Source: Hymenobacter glaciei
GTDB lineage: Bacteria > Bacteroidota > Bacteroidia > Cytophagales > Hymenobacteraceae
NCBI RefSeq assembly: GCF_039539585.1
Contig: NZ_BAABDK010000010.1
Location: 1 to 32,000 of the forward strand
Length of the DNA: 32,000 bases
Reading direction: 5' to 3'
Each line of letters starts with the position of its first letter. Within the stretch, counting starts at the first letter, position 1. The position numbers and the translations under genes were made by a program. Below the pieces are notes generated by a model. It was not told where the DNA came from, ran no database searches, and saw only the letters and a program-made list of their open reading frames with translations. Below are positions 1 to 7,500 of this stretch, one piece after another.

Positions 1-51
1 TTTTTGCTGTCATGACAGAAGAAATATACGTCCTCCTTCTGTCCGGCCTAC

Positions 52-242
52 CTAGACCACCTCAATATACATCCCCATCTTGGGGTCGTAGTAGCGGAAG
101 CGGTTGTAATAGAGGCCCGTTTCGGTATCTTCGTACTGGCCCTGGTAGCGGAAGGGGCAGTCCTGGGGCTTGCCTTGGCCCTGGCGCACGGCCCCGTAGC
201 TGTCGAACTGGGCCTGCCACGTCTTGGTGCCGGCGTGGTCGC
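52..242 (-). pseudogene. Orphan Rhs core remnant (fragment 2), about 63 codons ending at a stop at 52-54
   Basis: My translation of the minus strand gives [62 protein letters not shown]. Bases 82-241 align without gaps to 1741-1900 of orphan 1 (136/160 identical by my count). They are also protein-homologous to the end of the main Rhs core ([46 protein letters not shown]). Homology stops abruptly at ~242. The ORF-track entries 12..323(+) and 62..289(-) are off-frame shadows of this remnant. Confidence 0.7.
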
Positions 243-303
243 TTTATCGTTCGGGTAATGTTCCCAAATGGCTGTAGTTTAAACGGCAAGCGCTGGTGGT
301 TCG

Positions 304-1095
304 CTAAGCTACAGGTTCGGTAGGACGGACTGGTTCAATGCCAAAATAGCCGTCGAGTAAGTTGGCAATTCCCTCCGAAATGCTAGCAAATTGTGGGTCG
401 TGCTTTTGGTCAAGTTCAGCTAAGAAGGCCATTAATTCCTCTTTGATAGCGGGGTCTTCTTCTTCCATACGGTTAGCAGCCTCCTCGTTAAAATACCCCA
501 AGTAGCGACGTAGGGCACTCTTCTTACTCGCGCTTGTTGCGTAACGACTTTGGTGGGGGCCAGCACCTGATATCAGGTAGCTAGATGCTTGTTGCAGCAT
601 CCAGCCAACGTGTGCATGATTGTTGAATAATATACACACGTTTTCGAAAATTTGCAGTGAAAAATCATACTCGAATGAATCTGCTTTCTTAACATTGACT
701 AAGAAAAGCTCGTCGTCAACGGAATTGTAAATGCTCGACTGGCAACGGGCTAAACTAAAATTATGGGCAGTATGAAGTAAAAGCTGCCCTTGGTACTTTG
801 TACACACGACGGCTTGAAAATTGCGGCCGGCGAGCTGAACAACATCTGGGACCTTTAGCGCAATAGCTAATAGCATTCTGGTTTGCTTGGAGAATAGGGC
901 CGTATCGGCCCCGTCCCAAAGCCAATCCGAACTGCCGAACGAGGAACTCGCCAACGCTTCCAAGTCATCCCCGTTCTGGAAATGTCCCGCCCACAGCGAC
1001 CAATCTGCCAAATTCCATCCTGGCTTTAGGGCATTGTGTGGGCCTGCGCTGCCATCGGGCACTACCTCAACGTTGTTTGAAATAGTATACTCCAT
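304..1095 (-). CDS. Hypothetical 263-aa protein; candidate immunity protein for the orphan-1 toxin tip
   Basis: Clean ATG ORF in an AT-rich segment, the next gene downstream of the orphan Rhs toxin tip on the same strand. No signal peptide or family motif recognised. The immunity call rests on position only. The 144-nt gap and the hairpin at 1132-1158 weaken simple co-transcription. Confidence 0.4.
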   Translation of the reverse strand: MEYTISNNVEVVPDGSAGPHNALKPGWNLADWSLWAGHFQNGDDLEALASSSFGSSDWLWDGADTALFSKQTRMLLAIALKVPDVVQLAGRNFQAVVCTKYQGQLLLHTAHNFSLARCQSSIYNSVDDELFLVNVKKADSFEYDFSLQIFENVCILFNNHAHVGWMLQQASSYLISGAGPHQSRYATSASKKSALRRYLGYFNEEAANRMEEEDPAIKEELMAFLAELDQKHDPQFASISEGIANLLDGYFGIEPVRPTEPVA

Positions 1096-1131
1096 ACTCC
1101 AATGATTTTAGGTGGGTTAAATTAAATAGAT

Positions 1132-1158
1132 GAGCCTCCAACTTCTAGTTGGAGGCTC
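1132..1158 (-). terminator. Perfect 11-bp stem / 5-nt loop hairpin between the orphan toxin tip and the 263-aa gene
   Basis: gagcctccaac-ttcta-gttggaggctc. On the minus-strand transcript it is followed by AUCUAUUUAAUUU (A/U-rich, not a clean U-tract). Confidence 0.3.
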
Positions 1159-1239
1159 AATGAGCACCAGCACCTGAGCCCGGTAGCACGAACTATGTTT
1201 TACGTGACACTTCCGTCTGCTTTAAACCACTAACTATAA

Positions 1240-1635
1240 TTAGGGAATTATTTGCGTCGCCGGAGCTAAGAAACCGCCGTTGGGAGCCGGTACTTGGCCG
1301 CCTACTATTTGTTCGTGGCTTACAGGTAAACCAGGTTCTGTTGGCTGACCACCAAAGATTGATGCACCACTTTTTCCTTGGGGCCCCGAAGGACCGTAGC
1401 TGGTCACTATTTGCCCGCGGCTACTGCCTGGTCCTTCAGTTATCACAACGTCGCCGCCTTTTCTAAAAATAAGACGTCCCCCACTACCGTTTGAATGGTA
1501 AACCGCATCGGGGTTAGACAATATTTCTATTTCCTTGGGGCGGCCTAAACGACCATGGTAGCCTTTGGTTTCTCGCACTTTTCCTGTTCGCGCTTCCTCA
1601 ATAGTTTTGTTAGTCGCTTTTAAGGGACAACCTGC
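1240..1635 (-). other. Toxin tip of orphan 1 (131 aa after the core-terminating ...DPNTWVDILGL motif); activity unknown
   Basis: The Rhs core ends at YYDPEAGQYISQDPIRL...WVDILGL. The following sequence (AGCPLKATNKTIEEARTGKVRETKGYHGRLGRPKEIEILSNPDAVYHSNGSGGRLIFRKGGDVVITEGPGSSRGQIVTSYGPSG...) is unrelated to the main Rhs tip and has lower GC than the core. I recognised no catalytic motif. Confidence 0.6.
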
Positions 1636-3234
1636 CAACCCGAGTATATCAACCCATGTATTGGGGTCGTTTACGTAAGAATAAAGTGCCCTACCGCCGC
1701 TGAGACGAATCGGGTCTTGGGAGATGTACTGGCCAGCTTCGGGGTCGTAGTAGCGGAAGCGGTTGTAGTAAAGGCCGGTTTCGACGTCCTTGTACTGGCC
1801 CTGGTAGCGGAACGGACAATCTTGCGCCCGGCCCAAGCCTTGGCGCACGGCCCCGTAGCAGTCGAGCTGCGCCTGCCACGTCTTGGTGCCGGCCTGGTCG
1901 TAGAGCTCGAGCGGCGTGCCCAGGTGGTCGCACACGACGCTGTAGCTGCCGTGGGCCGTGAGCTTGGCCGCCGGGGCAAAGCTGTGCTCCTCGAAGAGCC
2001 ACGTGATTACGTCATCGGCGCCGCCCGCCCCGGGCCCGACCTCCAGTTCGCTCCACTCGTGCAGCGGCACGTCCCCGTCCCAGACCCAACGCGTGACCCG
2101 GCCCCGGTAGCGCTTGCTCACCCGCCGGCCCAGCGCGTCGTACGCGAAGGCAACGGCGTAGCCGTCGGGGCGCTGGACTCGGGCCAGTTGGCCCGCCCCG
2201 TTCCACTCGTAGTGCCAAGCCTTGCCATCGGCCGTGGTTTTGCGCACCAAGTTGCCTTCTTCGTCGTAGCGGTAGCGCGTGCCGCCGGCCTGGCGCAGCT
2301 GCCCGCCGGGGGCGTAGGTTCGGTCGTCGAGGGCCGGCGTGCGGAACAGGTTGCCCACCGCGTCGGCCAGGCGCACGTCCGTGCTTCCGTCGGCGTAGCG
2401 CGCCCCGGTCAGCGTCCCGACCGCATCGTAGGCGTAGTGCGTGCTGCCGGCCAGCGAGTCCTCGATGGCCGCCAGCTGGTCGGCCCCCTACCAGGTGTAG
2501 CGCCGCTGCCGGCCGGCTCCACCGCCGCCCGTCACTTGCTGCTGCACCGGCCGGCCCTGCGCGTCGCGCTGCCAGCCCACGCGCACGCCCCCGCTCAGCG
2601 TGCGTTGCAGCTCCAGGCCCCGCACGTCGCGCCGCAGCTGCGCCTGCCAGTGCGCGCCGGCCTGCACGGCCGTGGTCTCGCCGCGCGCGCCGTGCTGCCA
2701 GGCGAAGGCTGCCCCAGCGAGGAATGCAGCCCCGTGCGCTGCCCGCGCGCGTCGTAGGCGTGGGTAAGCGTGTGCGCCCCTTGCTGCTCGCTCACCACCC
2801 GGCCCCGCGCGTCGCGCGCCAAGCGCACGGCGGTCGTGGCGGTGCGCGCCTCGGCCAGCCCACCGCCGGCGTCGTAGGTGAAGTGCTCGGCCGTGCCGTC
2901 GTGGTGGGCCACGGCCGTCACCCGGCCGGCCGCGTCGTATGCGTAGCGCGTGTGGCGGTCGGCCGGGCGCAGCACCTGCGCCACCCGGCCGGCCGCGTCG
3001 CGCTCGTAGCGGCGCACCAGCCCGTCGAAGCCGGTTTCTTCCACCACCCGCCCGGCGGCATCCAGTGCGAAGCGGTAGTGGCGGCCGTGCTCGTTGGTCA
3101 GGCCCGTGAGCCGGCCCTGGCGGTCGTAGGCGTAGCGCACTTCCTGCCCGGCCTGGCGGCGGGCGGCCAGCTGGTTGACGGCCGTGTAGGCGAAGTGCAC
3201 TTCCTGCGGCCCGTCCTGGGCGTGGGCCACGTTG

Positions 3235-3301
3235 CCCTCGGCGTCGTAGGCCAGGCGGGTTTCGCGGCCGTCGGGCTTGCGCAGGGCCACTACCTGGCTC
3301 A
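3235..3301. repeat. 67-bp direct repeat, distal copy (cassette boundary)
   Basis: ccctcggcgtcgtaggccaggcgggtttcgcggccgtcgggcttgcgcagggccactacctggctca matches 6180-6246 at 63/67 positions by my count. The GC-rich to AT-rich switch occurs immediately after it, at 3302/3303. Confidence 0.85.
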
Positions 3302-3305
3302 TATG

Positions 3306-3851
3306 TCAGACTAAAGCCTCAAGATGGTTCTTGCAAAGTGTAGCATGAGACACTGGTTTGGTTAAGTCGAATGGGTCAGAACCTGTATTATAATCAAGAA
3401 GGATTAATGATGAATTGGCAGCTATTTTACTTAGAGAGGCCATTTCGTCCTGCAAGTATTGCTCTATAACCCATGTATAACAAGGAATGTAAATTTCCTT
3501 CTTTGCAGTTACATAATCTAATATTGCTTTGCCTTCTACGCCTTTTCTATGCCCTATAATCTGCCCATTGGCTTTGCTTGTCCGTTTGATTCCTCTCATA
3601 TTGCTTACAGCAAACTTAGATTGGTCAATGTCACTGTTAACAAATACTTTCAAACCTTGCCAGATACCTTCAACTGAGACAGCGTAATAGCCTTGAGAAA
3701 AGGGAATAGGAATATTGCCGTGAGGATAAAAAGGACTGAGTTTCCTATATGGCATTGTCGCTTGGGATGTTGTGTCAATTATGGTAGGATTATCATAACG
3801 ACTCAATAGAGTTGAACGGGAAGTGCGCCTATTTTCAACATAAACTGGCAT
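3306..3851 (-). CDS. Hypothetical 181-aa protein carried on the AT-rich Rhs cassette; weak NADAR(YbiA)-like motif; possible second or enzymatic immunity factor
   Basis: ATG ORF, very AT-rich, last gene of the cassette. LSPFYPHG...IPFSQGYYAVSVEGIWQGLKVF resembles the NADAR pattern (FSNF ... SxEhyfQaxKF; E, Q at +4 and K at +7 are preserved relative to E. coli YbiA TSEHYFQAQKF). I could not see the C-terminal NADAR motif, so the assignment is tentative. Confidence 0.3.
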   Translation of the reverse strand: MPVYVENRRTSRSTLLSRYDNPTIIDTTSQATMPYRKLSPFYPHGNIPIPFSQGYYAVSVEGIWQGLKVFVNSDIDQSKFAVSNMRGIKRTSKANGQIIGHRKGVEGKAILDYVTAKKEIYIPCYTWVIEQYLQDEMASLSKIAANSSLILLDYNTGSDPFDLTKPVSHATLCKNHLEALV

Positions 3852-3871
3852 GGTTTACTGAATTTACTCTG

Positions 3872-4177
3872 TTAACAAAATAATGAATAAGCCAAGTCTT
3901 GCAGTTGTATCCCTGCATCTTCAATTTTATTTGTTTGGTATTCATCATAAATGCCTTCACGAAATGAAAAAGAGGCATATATGTCAACGAAGCACAGTGA
4001 TAACCTTTTAGGTACCATGTTCTTGTCTTGATAATATTCAACAAGAAATTCTATGGCTGATACTAAATGTTCAAATCTGACAATGTCTAATCCTTTGTGC
4101 TCCCTCAATTCTTGAGGAATAGAATTATCATTTGTAAGGCAAGAACATACAATGTCTAAAGCGGATTCTTCGTTCAT
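3872..4177 (-). CDS. Putative cognate immunity protein (101 aa) of the main Rhs toxin tip
   Basis: Small acidic cytoplasmic-looking ORF starting 15 nt after the rhs stop, same strand, same AT-rich composition as the toxin tip. This is the classic Rhs toxin-immunity arrangement. No family motif recognised. Confidence 0.6.
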   Translation of the reverse strand: MNEESALDIVCSCLTNDNSIPQELREHKGLDIVRFEHLVSAIEFLVEYYQDKNMVPKRLSLCFVDIYASFSFREGIYDEYQTNKIEDAGIQLQDLAYSLFC

Positions 4178-4192
4178 GAGTGTCGTTTGCTT

Positions 4193-4579
4193 TTAGCAGG
4201 GGCTAATTTTTGTGATTTTATCAGCTGGTACATGCCCTTCAACTAGCACCTCTTGAGAATTGATGGCGTAGTTACGTGCTGGACCTTTTACCCCAGCCTC
4301 TGCGGCCTTTTCAGGCGTTGTTAGGTCTACAATGCTGCGATTTCCATGAGAGTCGGGTACAACATTATTTGTGTCGAAAGTTACGGTTGTTTGCCCTTCT
4401 GCTCTCCATTTAGCAGCTACTTCGGGGTCAGTAGTGGTTGAAATGTATTGAGACCCCTTAAAATTGGCATTACTGCCGTTTCTTACGTGTCCGGCAGGGC
4501 TCATGCCGCGTCCAGGATTTTTGGCAGAAAGACCTTCCGCAGGATTTTCATTTGGCCTTAAGTTTCTGTATACAGGAAT
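4193..4579 (-). other. C-terminal toxin tip of the main Rhs; ADP-ribosyltransferase-like R/S/E motif spacing (tentative)
   Basis: Tip sequence is IPVYRNLRPNENPAEGLSAKNPGRGMSPAGHVRNGSNANFKGSQYISTTTDPEVAAKWRAEGQTTVTFDTNNVVPDSHGNRSIVDLTTPEKAAEAGVKGPARNYAINSQEVLVEGHVPADKITKISPC. It has aromatic-Arg (VYR), Y-I-S-T-T 42 residues later, and S-Q-E-V 63 residues after that. This matches the order and spacing of the R, STS and [QE]xE regions of R-S-E ARTs. The first position of the ExE-like motif is Ser, which is non-canonical. Confidence 0.4.
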
Positions 4580-7500
4580 TAGGCCTAAAACGTCTAGCCA
4601 ATTTTGAGTATTTTTTACGTACGCATATAGTCTTCCGCCACCCCACAATCTCAGAGGGTCCTGGCTGATATAGGTTCCGGCTTTAGGGTCATAATAACGA
4701 AAACGGTTATAATATAGCCCCGTTTCAGTGTCTTCGTATTGCCCTTGATAGCGGAATGGACAATCTTGGGGTTGTCCTTTACCTTGCCGTATAGCGCCGT
4801 AGGCATCAAATTGGGCCTCCCAAGTTGCATTGCCGTGTTGGTCATACATTGCCATTGGCGTCCCTAAATGGTCGCATACAACACTTTGGTTGTCGTTCGC
4901 CCTAAGCTTAGCGGTAAGCGCATGCGAATTCTCCTCAAATAGCCATGTAGCAAGCTCCTGCACTGCGGGATTCTTGTTACATGTCTCCAACTGTTGCCAT
5001 TCGTGCAGTGGCTTACTGCCGTCCCATACCCATCTAGTTGTCACACCCCTATAGTTTTTACTAACACGTCGCCCCAGTGCGTCATAAGTAAACGTAACCG
5101 CATAGCCACTTGGTAGGATTACAGCCACCAGTTGCCCCTTTGGACCCCAGGTATAGTGCCAAATATCGCCGCTTTGCGTCACCTTCCGTACGAGATTACC
5201 CTCATCATCGTAATGGTAACGTGTCCCTTCCGCTTCGCGCAACTGGCCGCCGGCTGCATAGCGGCGGTCCTTGCAAGTGGATGAGCGAAATAAGTTGCCT
5301 ACCGCGTCGGTTAGCCGTACGTCTTGGTCGCCGTTTGCGTAATGGGAACCAATGAGCGCGCCACAAGCATCATAAGCATAACGTGAGGTGCCCAGGTCGT
5401 TACTATCGTCAATGGCTGCTAATTGGTCAAGTCCCTCCCATTGATAACGCCGCTGCCGGGTGCTGCCCTTTCCTACAACATGCTGCTGTGTTGGGCGCCC
5501 CAATTGGTCGTGCTGCCAACCTACACGCACACCTCCACTGAGAGTTCGCTGCAATTCCTTACCGCAGGCATCATGAAATAAATTGGCTTGCCACTTTTCG
5601 TTAGCTTCTACGGTTGCCAACCGCCCAAGGGAGTCATGCTGCCAAGCAAAGCATGCACCCAGCGAGGAGCTTAATGCTGTGCGCTGACCGCGCAAGTCGT
5701 AATTACTTACAACCGTATGTTCGCCTTGTTGCTCTTTCACCACACGCCCCAGTGTATCGCGCTCAAACCGAATAGTAGTGGAATCGTTACGAGCTTCAAG
5801 CAGTTCTCCATTAGCTTCGTAGGTAAAGTGTTCGCTGGTGTCATCATCAAAACGCACTTCTATAATTCGTCCAGCAGCATCATAGCTATAAGTAGTGATG
5901 CAGCCATTGGCACGATGAGCAGTTACCACTCGACCGGTAGCATCCCGCTTGTAGCGGCGCAATAAGCCGTCGAAACCTTCTTCTGTCACCACCCTGCCTG
6001 CAGCATTAAGGCCAAAGCTGTAGCGCTGCCCATATTCATTTGTACAGCCTATAAGGCGGGCCTGGCGGTCATATGCAAAGTGCAGTTCCTGTCCTGCTTG
6101 ATGCCGTACTGCTAAACGATTCACTGCAGTATACTTAAATGCTGCTTCAAGATTGTCGGTTCGCATCAACAGCACATTTCCCTCGGCGTCGTAGGCCAGG
6201 TGGGTTTCGCGGCCGTCAGGCTCGCGCAGGGCCACTACCTGGCCCAGGCGGTCGTAGCGGCGGTGTTGCGTGTGGCCCAGCGCGTCCGTTGACGCCACCA
6301 GGCGGCCCAGCGCGTCGTAGGCGCGCGAGCGGATACTCTCGTCGGGGGCCACCACGTGGGCCAGGTTGTGCTGGCCGTCGTAGCGCAGGCGCGTGGCGTG
6401 GCCCAGGGCATCGGCTAGCTCCACGGTCCGGCCCTGCGCGTCGTAGCGGTAGCGCGTCGTGGCGCCGGTCGGGTCGGTTTTTTCGGCCAGCTGCCCGGCC
6501 TCGTTGTAGGCCCACTGCCAGGCGCTCCCGCCCGCGTCGGTGCCCTGCACGGGCCGGTCGCGGTCGTCGAACGCCGTGCGCTCCTGCCCGCCGTCGGGGT
6601 AGGCCACGGCGGTGCAGTTGCCGCGCGCGTCGTAGGTATAGGTAGTGGTGTGGCCCAGCGGGTCCTGCACGGCTTCGAGCTCGGCGTAGACGTTGTAGCG
6701 CCAGTGGTGCTGGGCCCCAAGCGGGTCGATGTGGGTCGTGACCAGGCCCTGCTCGTGGTAGTACACATCCACGGCGGCCGGGTCATCGGTGTAGAGCGTG
6801 GTGCAGCCGGGCTCGTACACGAAGCGTCCGTTGTAGTAGTTCTCGTCGCCCCAGGTGCGCGTGCAGCGGCCCAGCGCGTCGTATTCGTAGTAGTAGGACG
6901 TGCCCTCGGCGAAGGTTTTGCGCACCAGCCGGTTTCCCTCGAAGTGGAACTGGCGGGTGTGGCCTTCGGCGTCGCTCATCTGGGTCATGTGGCCCGCCTC
7001 GTCATAGGCATACCGCACGGCGACGAAACTGCCGGCCGAGCCGTCGGGATGGGGCAGGCTCACCGTCAGCATCCGGCCCTGGGCATCGGTGGTAATGCCA
7101 ACGGGCCGCCCCACGCTGTCGACAAGGCGTTGCAGGTGGCCCCGCTCGTCGTAGTCAAACCGAACCGCGTGCCCGTAACCGTCGGCAATTGCCGTCAGGC
7201 TGTACTGTTCCGGTTGCGCCACGGATGGCACAAACCGGTAGGTAAGCTGTTCAATGGTGCTGTACACTTCGTAGCCATCAAGCCCCCCGGGAGCCGGGCG
7301 AAGCTCTAGTTTACGGCCGCGGTGGTAGCTGCAGTGGTCATTCTCCGGGGCGGGAGCATCAAAAACGGCCAGGCGGCCGTCGCCCAGGCGCATGGCCACG
7401 GTACCCGTACTGGCCTCGGGCCACAGGGCCAGGTCGTAGCGGTGGTGCCAGCCGTAGCCCAACGGGCCTTTTCTTTCCGAAGTCGAGTACCAGGTGCGCT

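Larger units (their letters stand above)
1240..3302 (-). pseudogene. Orphan Rhs C-terminal fragment (orphan 1): displaced original C-terminal ~680 codons of the rhs gene, disrupted by one frameshift and one nonsense codon
   Basis: ORFs 2595..3302(-) and 1240..2376(-) are collinear homologues of the C-terminal half of the 1434-aa Rhs (for example QVVALRKPDGRETRLAYDAEGNV vs QVVALREPDGRETHLAYDAEGNV, and ADAVGNLFR...RYRYDEEGNLVRK vs TDAVGNLFR...RYHYDDEGNLVRK). Retranslating 2377-2720 restores GAAFAWQH...LSGGVRVGWQRD...RQRRYTW*GADQLAAIED if one G is added to the G4 run (plus-strand C-run 2712-2715). An in-frame TAG at 2488-2490 sits where the main gene has Glu (YQWEGLDQL). The fragment has no N-terminal PAAR or repeat region of its own. 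Confidence 0.85.

Noticed and set aside
1717-2757. Long ORFs antisense or out of frame relative to clear genes. Examples are 1717..2757(+), 6139..6645(+), 6650..7309(+), 17904..18773(+), 23411..24676(+), 26143..26871(-), 27139..27894(-) and 27904..28734(-).
   Set aside because: They lie in very GC-rich DNA, where stop codons are rare in all frames. Their translations are Arg/Ala/Pro/Gly-rich low-complexity sequence. Each fully overlaps a gene with strong family features (Rhs, TssF, ClpV, TssC, Hcp, HmgA).
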